Source: Podarcis tiliguerta
Taxonomy: Eukaryota
Direction: 5' to 3' (one strand)
Assembly (NCBI GenBank): GCA_965153285.1
Contig: OZ229113.1
Length of the DNA: 64,000 bases
Shown piece by piece: positions 1 through 12,889 of this stretch. The position numbers and the translations under genes are program-made. Within the stretch, counting starts at the first letter, position 1. Each line of letters begins with the position of its first letter. The notes beneath the pieces were generated by a model. The model was not told where the DNA came from. It saw nothing but the letters and a program-made list of their open reading frames with translations, and searched no databases.

Positions 1-1241
1 AGAGCTGCCCGGGTTGAGGAGTTGAAAGCTTGCTGTAGTGGTTCCATGGCTGTGCAATGATCTCCCCACAGAAGGGGGCCTTGCCTCTGCAACGTATTCA
101 TTTAAGTGACAGCTGAAGACAGGCCAATGGGTGAAGTCTACTTCAAGTATGAGACTGCTACTATATTACTTGTGGGTATTTTATGTGAATCGATTTCAAT
201 GGATTGGCTTTTGTTGTATTTTATTTTGCTGTACATCTCCCTGTCACTGTTGGGAATGGCAGTATCCAAAAACCTAAATAAATAATTAAATACTCTCCTC
301 AGTCACTCAATACTATAGAAATGCATGGCAAATCCCCCTGCGGCCTAATCAGGAACTAGCTCGAATAAATGGAATATATTTGGAAGACATCCATTAGCTG
401 TTGAAAAATAACCTAGTTTTAAATCTAACTGATTCTGAATCACCCTCAAGCTACAATGCCATACACTAGACCCTAAATATGAAGAAAGAACTACATAATA
501 ACAGTACATACACACAGAAGCAAACACACACACATACACTCAAACTGTTTCTCACGCCATGGTGTGGTTTTGCCTCCAAACCATTGAGCTGAAGACCAGG
601 TAGCAGCAGCAGTTAGAGTGGCAGGCAGGAACGTACATCTGTCTGCATGCCATAACTCACAGGAGCCTTCTTGTTCCTGTCCAGAGAGTGATCTCTCTCA
701 CACACAGAGAGAGAGACACACACACAAACAAACATGCTGGTTGTAGCCAGGAAGTTCTCCCCTTGGCCCTGCACCAATGGTCAATTCCATTCTCTTTCCC
801 CACAACAATGTGCTAGTAGCAGCTTTACTTTTGTTTCTCTGGCTGATCCCTCCATCTGCTCAGTGACTGCATCAATTCACCAGCCATTTTCCTGTCTCCT
901 GCTGCTCTGCACCCCAGCAGCCGGCCAATCATTGTCTCTAATAAATCAGTCAATCCCCCTAAACAAAACCCTCCAAAGCTGGGCAAATCCTTCTGACAGC
1001 AGCCACACAACTGAAAGGAGCTGAACTTGGGCTTTTTTCTTTCTTTCTCTCGTTCCTTTTTTTTTTTTTTAATTCAATGGTACAGGCTTTGCTGACCTCT
1101 ACTCAAAAAAGAGAAAAAAATCACATAAAGAAAACGAACCCACAGACCTGACATTCTACGTCTGTCCTCCCACTTTTCTCAGTTGCAGTGGTTTTTCATT
1201 CACAAGAAAATGTACTAGAGGCCTGATTAAGGTGTACTTAC

Positions 1242-1263
1242 TTGATAGCAGATTTGACAGCAT
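1242..1263 (-). CDS. Candidate alternative first coding exon (MLSNLLS + phase-1 donor) of an unidentified minus-strand gene
   Basis: Minus strand reads cccaccATG CTG TCA AAT CTG CTA TCA A|gtaagt: strong Kozak context, in-frame upstream TGA, consensus donor, unique (non-repeat) sequence. Confidence 0.45.
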
Positions 1264-1834
1264 GGTGGGAGGGAGAGGGGGTCCTCAGTCTGCCGCAGAA
1301 GTGAGGCTGCTTAGACATTAAACATTCTGTCTACCTACTTTTAGGGATATTACCATAGCGACAGTGACAGAACTATTCTCAAGTGCAGATGGGACCACAT
1401 TTACTAAAAATGCATGGTGCACCTTGGCAGACTTTTAGAGTCTATTACTGTAATTGTCTGCAGGTTTCTGCATTTTTACAAAATAGCGCAGTATTATTAT
1501 TCTTTTTAACGACTTACTCACCAGGCAAGGCTGGGGCTGCTGTGCAATGTTGTTCTACATACTCATTTTTCGAGCGCCAGAAAGAAGTTGTAGGTTTGGA
1601 TTAGAAACCTTACATGGATCCCAATGTAATCAGAAAAGGGAGAAAGAGCCTCGCCCAACTAACCCCAAAGACAGCAACCGATGCTAGGTTGATACAGTCT
1701 TCCATAGGTGACAGGTTTTAATTAATGTAATTTTTAATAAACAATATTAGTGTACCACTGTCATAAAATATATCACTGTGGAGAGCAGTTAGTATCAGTA
1801 CCTATTGGTCTGGGTCACCCTGCCACATGATCTG

Positions 1835-2165
1835 GGTAAAGGTAAAGGTAAAGGGACCCCTGACCATTAGGTCCAGTTGTGACCAACTCTTTATTGGCCG
1901 AGGGAACTGGCGTACAGCTTCCGGGTCATGTGGCCAGCATGACTAAGCCGCTTCTGGCGAACCAGAGCAGCGCATGGAAACGCAGTTTACCTTCCCGTCA
2001 GAGCAGTACCTATTTATCTACTTGCACTTTGTGCTTTCAAACTGATAGGTTGGCAGGAGCAGGGACTGAGCAACGAGAGTTCACCCCATCGCAGGGATTT
2101 GAACCGCTGACCTGATTGGCCAGTCCTAGGCTCTGTGGTTTAACCCACAGCGCCACCCGTGTTCC
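1835..2165 (-). mobile_element. Sauria SINE (lacertid type), near full length
   Basis: (GGTAAA)n tail complement followed by gggacccctgaccattaggtccag...gggtcatgtggccagcatgac...acccacagcgccacc; tRNA-like B box (ggatttgaacc) near the head; degenerate TSD catgatctgggta (1826-1838) / catgatttggata (2165-2177). Confidence 0.93.
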
Positions 2166-2656
2166 ATGATTTGGATAGGTGGCAGTAAAATCACAGGCTT
2201 CTGAGCAGTTCTGATCCCTTGCCCACCTCATTTTTAGGGGTGTAGTGAAAACAGCAGCACTGTGGAAGGAGAATGGCGCAAAAGTAAGTGCAAGAGAGGA
2301 GCATCTGACAGTAGCCAGCTCAAACCAGCATCATATGGACATGGCAGAGTGAGTGAGCGAGATCGTATGCCTGTCAATGCTTCTTGTGGCTGTCACGGCT
2401 CAAGAGCATCATTTCATTACAGGGAGCAAGGGATATGTGGTTTCCCCTTCTCCACAATGGAATCAGGAGGCAGGGAAAACTATACATTCAATTCTTCCTG
2501 GCAAGAAATGCATGGGAGTACCACTTCTAGTTAAGAAGCCAGCAGAGGCACCTATCTGGTTCCCCTCTGCTTGATTGGGGGAAAGAGCTGCCAGGGAGTA
2601 CTGCATAGCAGGTATGGGGAGAAGACAAGACACCCATTTAATGCTATACTATTACT

Positions 2657-3020
2657 AAGGATGGGTTGATTTCAGTTTTTCTCTGTTTTTCATTTCCCCA
2701 AATTTAAATTCAGTTCTTCACATTTCCACTCCAGTTCATGCTTTGGTTTTTGTTGTTGTTGTTTTTTAAGTCATCATGAAAATCCTCCAGCACTTCAATG
2801 CAAATTTCTCCTAATATACGCATTTTTTGTATACAATTTTGCCTCATATGCCCATTTTTTGCAAAGCAGCCCTCCTATTATAATGCATTTTCTGTTATTT
2901 TCACTAATACACACACCTATATGCAGACTTTTCTGTTTTAAGTTTGCATATTGTTTCAGAAACTGTGAATAAGGTAAGTTCACCTTAAAATGTGAACGGA
3001 ACCATATTTTCCCACACCTC
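2657..3020 (+). repeat. Unclassified AT-rich interspersed repeat (old family, several copies in the window)
   Basis: Shares blocks (ttaaattcagtt...cacatt, catgaaaat, ggt(a/t)...gttcacctt(t)aaa..tgaac) with 19975-20370 and, in reverse, with 39179-39465. Confidence 0.65.
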
Positions 3021-4063
3021 TGTTGCTCCCAGTTTAGACTGCAATGTAGGACTGCAGCTGTAGTATACAGAGGTTCGGGGTGAAAATCTACCTGAATATT
3101 TCATGGCAAGCACAAGCTCCTTCTTGGAGAACATTTCCTATGCAACTTGCATACCTTTAACACAGAGACAATTCTCCGTGAGTAGATTTGAGGAAAGTAG
3201 GAATATTGAAAAACAAACAAGTAAGAAAATACTACTGCAAAATCGGCTGTATGTTTACTCCAATTTCAAGCTGCGATAACAGAGAACAGATGCTGGTATT
3301 GATTTTAACACATGGTTGCCTTACCAGTTCAGTTAATTGTTATTCATTAATTGCACAGGAAGCTATTTTGTTCTGGCCAAGAATCTGTCTTGAGCAATTA
3401 CTGTTAATTATGCTACATTGCAACAAAATTTGGAGTTTTCTGATACTACAATGGCTGGTAACCTTAACCCATACACTGCTTAGAGATGGCGGTGATTAAG
3501 TGGAATAAAAATTGTTCATATAATTTAAAGATGGTGGGAAGTTTTGGTAAAATCACGTTACGAAGACAATCCTGCATTTTAGTCTACTATCTCGAACATA
3601 CCTTTACAACTAGAAATAAGCAATATGTGAATATCTAATATATTTTAAAGCATACACCGAAAATATACTATTGTGAATGTGACCATTATTTGAGAATGGT
3701 CTGCATGCATCATACAGATAATAGTCAGAGAGCTCTGACTAGATACAGGTCCCTGCTAAGTGTATACTTCATGGCACACCTGAGTAAAATGTGAAATAGC
3801 CTTGGCTGACATAAAAATCAATGATACTTCCAAAGAAATTTGACAGGACTGAGGTGGCCAAGGCAGAAGGCATTGCAACCACAAACGTTTCTTGTAGGAA
3901 GTGTGTAGCTGGCGTGTGTCAGGTAAGGGGCAATTAATTGTCCTAAGGTAGGGCACTGAATGTCTTATAGTTATACCTGCAGACTTCAATTTTTCTTTGG
4001 AAATCAAAGGAAGGTATTCTGAAGCTTGTCTAGAAAGAATGTAAAGCAAAGGTTCAACCATGT

Positions 4064-4200
4064 CAAGGTTCAGGCAACCTTGGCCCTCCAGATGTTTTTG
4101 GCCTACAACTCCCATGATCGCTAGCTAGCAGGACCAGTGGTCAGGGATGATGGGAATTGTAGTCTCAAAACATCTGGAGGGTCGAGGTTGAGGAAGCCTG
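4064..4200. mobile_element. Palindromic non-autonomous DNA transposon (hAT-like MITE)
   Basis: Long inverted arms ccctccagatgtttt...ctacaactcccat / atgggaattgtag...aaaacatctggaggg; related copy at 51978-52113 and fragments near 42360, 46430 and 61950. Confidence 0.8.
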
Positions 4201-4919
4201 CTCTAGTTATTGTACCTTGATGAACCACTCCTATCTGGGTGCAGTGGTGAACTTGAGGCTTTCAAATTTCAATGGCAACCTGTGTGATGTCAAAATTTGT
4301 CATCCCCTCCTCTAGCCTTCCATTCTACATAATTGTTGTGGTGCCTCTTGGGGCACCCTCCCGGCTTGATGCCCAGTGCAGGGGAACTGGCTGCACCCCT
4401 GAATCCACCTCTTCTGGGTGACTTATATCACATCCAAGCAAGTCTGCTTAGCCTAGTTTACATGGCCAAAGCTACTGTGACCTGCCGTGACCAACCAGTG
4501 CTTGATTTCCTGTCAAAACACACAGCATGGTCATCTTGTAACCACATCTTTGCAAGCTTGGTGATAAAAAGGGACTCTTTAGTGGGACTCACAATTATCC
4601 TAGCAAGCCACAGGGAACTCAGTTCATAGGCAAAGAAACAGAGATTGAGGGATGGGGGGGGGGGAGAAATGCATGTTGCCATGGTTCAAATATATTACTG
4701 CGAATGATGCATGTCAGCTACATGCTACATTACAACCATACTGTGGCCCTATCACAAGTACATCCCTTATCAGAAGGGGACTCTGAAATTACAAAGGAAG
4801 CAACTGTTTTTCATTGGTGGCTCTGGGATGCCCTTCCCTCAAGAGGCAATTCTGGCTCCTGCTTTACAAGCATCCAAATACCAGTTTAAGCCATTTTTAT
4901 TTATCTAGGCATTTTTTTT

Positions 4920-5352
4920 AAAAAAAAATCTGAGTTCGCACTAGCCAAATGGTCCAAAATTGTTACTGCATTAGAAATCAAAGATACCAAAACTTTTTGG
5001 TCACTTCTCTCAAGAAAAGATATCACTGATTTCCCTAATATAAGCGATGAGGCTTGGATTTCACATTTTACTGCTGTTTTTTATGATCACCAAGTTTGTA
5101 AAAAGGAAAATTTTATATTTTCTCTGGTAAAAACTACCCAATTTCAAATTACTGTTGAGGAGATGAAAAGGATAATTTTCTCGTTTAAGCAAGGGAAATC
5201 ACCTGGTATGGATGGCATTCCAATAGACCTGTTGAGATTAGATGTAGAATGGTGGGCCTCTAAACTTGTGCCACTTTTTAATTCTATCTGTCACTCAGCC
5301 CTTGTACCTAAGTCGTGGAACAACTCAATAGTGGTACCGATCTTTAAAAAAG
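4920..5352 (+). mobile_element. Internal fragment of a non-LTR retrotransposon ORF2 (region leading into the reverse transcriptase)
   Basis: Open frame of about 145 codons: ...KTFWSLL...EAWISHFTAVF...ITVEEMKRIIFSFKQGKSPGMDGIPIDLL...LFNSI...VPKSWNNSIVVPIFKK. K(S/A)PGxDG and W...IVPIFKK are canonical LINE RT N-terminal motifs. Clade uncertain. Confidence 0.88.
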
Positions 5353-5627
5353 AAAGGTGTAATGGAATATAGAAGGCTGCCCTCTATCCGATGACTGTTC
5401 CATCTATCCTACACCGAGGGTAGACATTGTGGTGCTCTCCAGATGTTGAACAACTCCCACCATCTTTCTCCAATGGCTGTGCTGGCTGGGGCAGATGGGA
5501 GCTTATTATTATTATTATTTATTTATTTCATACAATTTACACACTGCTTGGTTGTATGAAAAACCTCAGAATGCTTGGGAGATGGAGTCCAGGAGCATCC
5601 GAAGGGCACCATGTTGACTACCCCTAC

Positions 5628-5743
5628 TCTACACTGCCCGATGCAGGTTCTCTGTCAGCCAGGGGACATTTCCAGCCCTACTTGGGAGGTGCCAGGGATT
5701 GAATCATGGACTGTCTGCACGGAAAGCCACTGAGTGACAGTCC
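5628..5743 (-). mobile_element. Fragment of tRNA-derived squamate SINE (same family as 35274-35460)
   Basis: Reverse complement resembles the head/body of the copy at 35274 (tcaatccctggcacctcc...agggctgg). Confidence 0.6.
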
Positions 5744-5764
5744 TTCCTCAAGGAACGCAACCAG

Positions 5765-5901
5765 CAGTGCTATTTTTTCTAGAAAATGAGGTGCTGGAAC
5801 TCACCACAAACACCTCCCTCGTTCTCTTAGAATGGCAATGGCGCTCACCTGAGAGGTGCCAGAACTTAGTTCCGGTGAGTTCTGGCTGAAAAAAAGCCCT
5901 A
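5765..5901. mobile_element. hAT-type MITE
   Basis: TIRs cagtgctatttttt / aaaaaaagcccta and a perfect 8-bp TSD gcaaccag (5757-5764 and 5902-5909). Confidence 0.88.
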
Positions 5902-6450
5902 GCAACCAGCGTTGTTTTATGCTTTCACTACTCTCTCTTTTTTATGCTTTTTTCAATGTTTTTATTGTATTGAGCTCTATGTAAGCTGTACACTGCCCTG
6001 GATCTGATATGGTCAAGAAATAAACCACAGCTATCTTCCTTTTCCACTACAGCTACCAAAAACTTCTGAGTTTACTTTAGTAAGTATCAACAGGAACAGG
6101 AACCATTTCTGCCTTCTTCCTGATTTTTTTTTTAAATAATACACTGGGAAATCTATTTTCTCAGCCTTACAAAAAAGAGTGCAACCCCCTTTTCAATGTT
6201 CACAAATGTTCAATGAACAATGCAAAAAAACAGAATCCTCTTTGTTTCCAGTGACTACCCCCAGACTTCTGAATTAACTCAGAGCAGCTTTAACAAGAGG
6301 GAAGCCAAATTGTCTGTGGGCGAAGAATCACTTGGAACATTTCCTCAATTAAAAATACTCTGCTAAACTTTTCTTAGCTCCTACTGACTATGCCAGAATG
6401 ATAGCTTCCCACAGAATTTTTGCATTCAAAATAGAACTTCCAAGACTTAC

Positions 6451-6487
6451 CCTGCTTGGCTGGAATAATTTTTGCAAGTAAAGTCAT
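6451..6487 (-). CDS. Candidate alternative first coding exon (MTLLAKIIPAKQ + phase-1 donor)
   Basis: Minus strand gatataATG ACT TTA CTT GCA AAA ATT ATT CCA GCC AAG CAG G|gtaagt; A at -3, in-frame upstream TAA, strong donor. Confidence 0.4.
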
Positions 6488-7059
6488 TATATCCTTAGCA
6501 ACTTACAGACTCTATATGCAATGATAAATAGGTGGGGTTTATTTTATTTTATTTTTTTAAAAGATAAATAGGTGGATTTTTTTTTTTTATAAAAAAACTA
6601 AGTTGTCCAATGTGCTCAGAGACACTTTTATTTCCAGGTCTTAGCTCTGTCAGATTCTGTGAGCAAGGTCTGGCTGATGTTTGCTTTTACAAGTCCTGCC
6701 AACTGAATTTTCCAAGGGACTGAAATCCACTTGCAAATAGATATTTAAGTGGCGATGGATGACAAAGCATGGGAGGACAGTGGTTGAGAGGGAGGAAAGC
6801 AAAGAGTTTTGTTGTACATAGTTACTGAGAGATAAGATGGAACAGGAGAAATCCTGACTCCTTCCAGAAAGCCAAGGAACAACTAATGTTTGAAATACTT
6901 TCTCTCTCCTGTGACCTTTTCTAGGCTGATGGAGATTATCACTCTGCTTACATTTCTAAAATTATTCCATTGTTAGCATTAAATCCCAGGCAGAAATATT
7001 TTAACTGTCAAACTCTGTGTGCAGGGCTCTTGCTCTCCAAGTGATTGCTTCTAGTAACA

Positions 7060-7545
7060 CAGTGGAACCTTGGTTGTCGAATGTACCGTATTTTTTGCTC
7101 TATAAGACTCACTTTTCCCTCCCAAAAAGTAAGGGGAAATGTGTGTGCATCTTATGGAGCGAATGCAGGCTGCGCAGCTATCCCAGAAGCCAGAACAGCA
7201 AGAGGGATTGCTGCTTTCACTGTGCAGTGATCCCTCTTGCTGTTCTGGCTTCTGAGATTCAGAATTTTTTTGTTTTTTTTTGTTTTCCTCCTCCAAAAAC
7301 TAGGTGAGTCTTGTGGTCTGGTGCGTCTTATAGAGCGAAAAATACGGTAATCCGTTCCAGAAGACCATTTGACTTTCAAAACATTTGAACAGAGGTGTAA
7401 TTGCCGGTTGGCAAATTCCTTTTTAAAAATGGAGAAATGTGCCTCAGAAGCGCATTCAAAAATAGAAGCATTCACTTCCGGGTTGTCAGCATTCATGTTC
7501 CGAATTGTTCGGATTCCGAAGCGTTCAACAACCGAGGTTCCACTG
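7060..7545. mobile_element. Tc1/mariner (Tigger-like) MITE interrupted by a nested MITE
   Basis: TIRs cagtggaaccttggttgtcgaa / ttcaacaaccgaggttccactg followed by TA (left flank is CA). Confidence 0.85.
7086..7347. mobile_element. Nested Tc1/mariner/pogo-type MITE
   Basis: TIRs ccgtattttttgctctataagac / gtcttatagagcgaaaaatacgg with TA on both sides (7084-85, 7348-49); internal hairpin 7181-7256. Confidence 0.9.
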
Positions 7546-10500
7546 TACATGGAGCTGAAGTAAACCATTGATAATGGAGAACCCATCGTCTAGCTTTCAG
7601 GACTGTGGATGGTCTCCATGGCTTTTGAGATTTTTCTCTGCATTTCTCTCTCTCATGCATATCTTGTTGCTTGAGCTCCCCTACATTTGCTGCGGAGCTC
7701 CTTCCCTCCTCTCTCCACACCCTTTCAAGCTTCGGCGGTTCCCTGTTTCTTTTCATCATTAGCTGGGCTTCAGTTTGCTCTTCCCACTGGAGTCGCAGCT
7801 GCTGTCTATTGTTACCTTCCCGCCAGGAGATTGTTTGCCTTGTCTGTGGCTTGAGCCTTTTAGGACGCTATATGCTTCAGCAAGCCTGTGCTCAGTGCCA
7901 GAGAACTTGGCACACGCTACGTCATGACAAATGCCCTGCAAAGTCTCTTTTTCTTTTTCCAGGGTTTAGCTACATGTTATAGGAAACCCAAAATGGCTGC
8001 CCTGAGTCAAACTCCTCCTTCCTCTGCTCTACTATGGGGTACTCCTGCATCCCAACATTGAATTGTTTTCCACTGTACCTGTTTCACATCATGGGCAGTG
8101 ACTGGTAAGGAGAGAAATGCATATACTTACACTGAATGTAAGTAAATTAACAGAGTGACCTTGCGAATTAACTGTACATACTCCTTTAACTGCAGCCTAG
8201 CTTCCCATGTTCTCCTGTCTGTCTCTCTTTCCCAACAGAATGGGCGAAATCCTGCTGCAGACCTGTGTAAAGAGCCTTGCCAGGGAGTTGTATAACCCTG
8301 GTTGATAAACCTTTCCCATTAGCAATACCTGCACAGAGCCTGAACAGTAGTTAAAGTTCAACAGACAACACAGTGACCTGGTTCATATGCCATAGTAAGG
8401 CAAAGTATGTGTTACTGGGATCGTGCAAACGTGCTGGCTCACACCCACTTTGCACCTTCCTTTAGGACAGGATGACCGCTAAACCAAGGTTTGGCTTAGC
8501 ATGTTGCCCAAATGTGGAATCTCTTCTCCTTAACCATGGCTTATAACCATGAGACAAAACTTGGCTACAGGTCTTGGTTAAGGACAAGAAACCTTAACCA
8601 CAGTCCCAGGTTTGGATCTCAAGCTATATAATGCCAAACCTTATATTTAGCTGCTGTACTGCACTATGCTAAAAAGCATCAAGGAACAGCAAAACAGATA
8701 CAATCTCCTCCATGGGAGCCAGTTTGTTGACACTGATGCATGGTTTGGCTTCACATTACATGTGAACACGGCTGCTGACACCTTTGGGTCGCAGGTAAAG
8801 CTGCACCATACAGAGAAAGAACTGGGAATGGGGTGGCCTGTCCTGCTGTCAGTCTCATATTCCTTCATTTACAGATCTTAAAAAGTAACAGAGAGTGCAC
8901 TAAATCATAGGGAAAATGTCTTGGCAACATCATACACACACCTTAGCATGGGCTCCTTGATTTAGGAGACATGGGCAAGTACGGAAGCAGAACTCTGAAG
9001 CCAACTTGCTGAAACTTCATGGGAATTCTTCTGTGTGATTCCATTCCCTGAAGCAGGAAAGGGCATCAGCTGTACAGCCTTCTTTCTAAACAGTAATGGA
9101 AATCTCATCCAGGGATATAAAGCTACACCTCAGAATCAAATTAGCTTGTTCATTATTTGGCAATGGTTAAGAGAAGATTGGGAAGATACTGCTAATCTCT
9201 CCCCATCTCACCATTCTGTTCTTGAAAGAAGGTTGAATCATCCTCAAACTAGGAAACAACCCAAAAAAGAAACACAGCTGTTTCTTAAAACTGTCAAAGG
9301 CCTGTGTTTCCACGGAAAACAAATATATATACATCTATAAATTAAATAAGAAAGGAGATGAATCCATTTGTGCAAACAGAAATGTACTGAACAGATATTT
9401 TTAAAACTCATAAAAATCAGCAGTCCGTTTCCCCTGAAAAACAACTGGTTAGTTGTCCTTTTATGGTAGTGCTTGCAATGAAGGAGCTGACCCTTCACAG
9501 CCAAATACGGATCCTGGCTTAGCAAAACGAGGCACCCGCTCTTGCCTGGATCCAAGCCACCAATTCCCTGCTTCTTCACAACTTGCTTTTTTCTGCTAGG
9601 AAAGCAGTCTGCGTGTAATAAAAGCCAATCATTTCACACCGCCAGCCCCCTATGCCTTCGGTCAACAGTGCATCCCGGTGAAAGTACCGCCTGGTCCTAA
9701 TTAAATAACCACACTTGCAAGGAGAATGATCACACACACATACACATACACACACATGAAAGAAAGAAAGAAAAAATGGAGCAGTGTTTCAGCTTACATA
9801 GCACCCTGCTTGACAAGCAGCCCAAAGTAGCTGACAGTACGCAGAGCACCAAGCTGTGCGCGAGTAATTCTGATGCACTCGGAAAATAAATAAATAAAGC
9901 AGCGCCACAATTGCCCTGAAAGAAAAGCCAGACATTTCCCTCCTCCCTACAGGCAGCACATTCAAGAAGCCTGCGGTTGTGACCTACTGCCAATGGTATC
10001 TTCTGAAAGGTATTTCATAAGGAGGCATTTAGAAAGCGATTAGGAACACATATGGATAGCGGTGCTGCCAAAAAATACTAATTGGAGTGCAATTTCAAGA
10101 ACCACACCCCATGCTAGATCAAGGTTTCTTTTTAACAGTCTGGGCCAGAGACCTGCACCTCTAGAAGGAAACCAGACAAGCTGCAGGAGGTTTGGGGGCA
10201 TCAGTCATGCAGAAGCAAGGGAGAACTGGCAGGAGGAGGTGATGCTTAAACCCACTCCCTCCCACTCACTGATTTCCCCCCTGCAATTGCCCTCAGCCAT
10301 TATTTTTTTGCTTTGTCGGGTCGAGATGCCTAAAGAAGTTTCTCTGCACAGAAAATGGCTTAGCAGAGTAGGTATTTGGAGAAGAGAGTCAGCAGTCGTA
10401 GGAAGATTTAAGCATCCCCTCTCCTACCCTGCAATGCCGCCTGACAGGTCTTTAACCAGTATAGCTGATCGATTTGGTTCCTGATCATGTAACACCAGCT

Positions 10501-12889
10501 CAGAAGCACCTTATTTGGACTCCATCCCAAAGACTCGGGGTGGTTTCAAGAAGAAGAAGCTCAGAATTAATAAATATAGCGAGGAAAATGAACCATCTCA
10601 GAATCTCAATGTGCAAACATTATATTTGCACAGCTGTAAATTAATCGACAAATGTGGGAAATCTTGGTTATTATTTTTCCTTTCTGGAAGAAATGCTGCC
10701 AGGCTGAACTCAGCACGTGTTGACCCCAAGGTGGCAGTTTAGGACAGCACATGGCAGAAGGCAGTAGGTTTTGCTCCACCAATGTACAGGACAACTGTGC
10801 CTTCCAAGATGCTCCATTACTATATGTGCTCCTTCCACTGTTTGCTAGACCCAAAGGAATTACGAGGCAAAGGAAAGAGGTGAAAGTCAGGGCGAAGCAA
10901 CGCCCCATTACCCCAGCATAACCGACACAGCTGCCCAGGGATTTTTAGGACAATCTCATTGAGAAGTCCAGCAATCTACCTTCTGCTAGGATAACACTGT
11001 TAAGGCAAGGCCTTTCCAAGTGACAGCAAAGTCACCTACCTAATCCTGAGTCTCTGTTGCTCTCCAAAGATGGGCCTCAATTCACTCCATCTTACACACA
11101 GTATATTTAGGCAATAATGGAAATTTGCATGCCCAGGGAGATGTGTAGGCATGGATGGAATAGGACTATAGACATCAGGGATGCCCAAACTGGAGACTAT
11201 GGTGAAAGTACAGGTACAGCAGTTCTGGAATCCGAGGGTGGTGATTGGGGTCTAAAATATAGAAGAGTAGCCCTGTAAAATATGCAAGCTGCTCCCTGCT
11301 CAATGTTGATTTTTCTGCCTTTGGAACACCTTTGTTCTAAACCTAGTATCACTGTGGGACAATGGGCTAAACAAAGTATGAAATAGTTTTCTCCCATCCA
11401 CCTGGCTGCAGAGCAGTGAGTGAATCTGGGCATGGATTTTCAATCAGGTGGTAAGCAAACCAGAGGGGATTCCAGCTCTTGTTAGTAGGCTATTTGTCCA
11501 GATCTCCCAAAGGAGCTTCACTAAACATATTTCTTTGCCTGCAGGTACCTCTAATAGGTTGCAAACTCTTGGCCAAATAACCCTTCATAGGTGGAAGTAT
11601 TTGTTGACTCATGATTCAGCTGAGCTCAGAGGACCTTTGATTTCATATCACCCTCCATGATCAAATGTGAAGTAGCACATCACTGCGTTGACAAGTCTAG
11701 TGGTTATAATAACATGAGATATTCTACATCCCCCACTGTTTCCTTATTCAACAAAGTTCTGTACTACATAATAACAGGAAGTGTGAAACAGACAGTGCCT
11801 CTACAACCTAAGTGTACGCGTATTTACAGTGCCCAGTCATTGAACTCCAATGGGTATTTATTTATTTCCTGGTATGCCTTACTCTCACACCAAGGCACTT
11901 TCCTACACACTTTGTAATGGCAGATGTGGATGGCTTTCTGTCTGGATGGAAGATACACAAGGGAACAATTCTGCTCTGGCTGAAACAGATGTAAACACCC
12001 ATCAACTACAGCCCACGGCATCAGCCTGATCCGCATCATAGGAAATGAGAGCAAACCCTCTTCTGCCTGGCCCCACTCCCAATGTTCCTAAGGAAAACAA
12101 AATTACAACAAAGCGCTGCTTGCTAACTGCAGACAGCTGATATGGTCAAAGACACAAAATCACAGGGGACAGGGGAATAATTAAGATAACTGACCTAAAA
12201 GAGACTTAAAAGGAGGAAGCACTTCTAAGAAAGTGATTCTGGAGATTCATTATGGCTATAGGGACAATAGATGTTTGCTTTTACAATCCAGGTACGGGAG
12301 TGGCCAAGAAGAGATTAAAAGGTGAGATAGTAGTCAAAAGAAAAGCAGAACAAACATCCTGGGAAAGCTTTTAATGAGAGCCATTTCAAATCAGTTTCTA
12401 TAGTTCTTTTCAGGTTGGTTAGAGGAGGAAGTGTCGGAAGGCGTGGATGTTATTCCACATTCAGTGCTCCATTCATACAAAATAAGGTAATTAGAAGGGA
12501 AGCCTGAGAGATAAGATCAGTGAGGGAAAAGTGCTGATTGGGCCCACAAAAAAATGCACACACCCGAAGAAAAACATGCTGGCTTAGTGCTTATTAAGGA
12601 TATTTTTATCCAGCCAGACCTCCATCACAATAGTGCCCAGGCGGGGTTCAATGCACATCAGAGGACACAAGTGGCATGAAACCAGCTGAAAAACAATCAA
12701 AAGTATAAATCAACATAAACAATTAGAGCAGTTTAACATACAACATTAGAACTAGAAAGGTTACTCAAAAACGACAAGGCTGGCTACTCTTGCTCAATAA
12801 ATAAAGACTCTAATATCCTACATGTGGTTGGGTAAACAGATATGTCTTTATTTGGCACCAAAATGATACAAGTTGCAATCTACTAATCT

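Noticed and set aside
1522-1610. Minus-strand donor CTG|GTGAGT with an open phase-1 frame (SKPTTSFWRSKNEYVEQHCTAAPALP)
   Set aside because: The frame is closed by an upstream TAA with no in-frame ATG, and the acceptor is poor; at most a non-coding exon.
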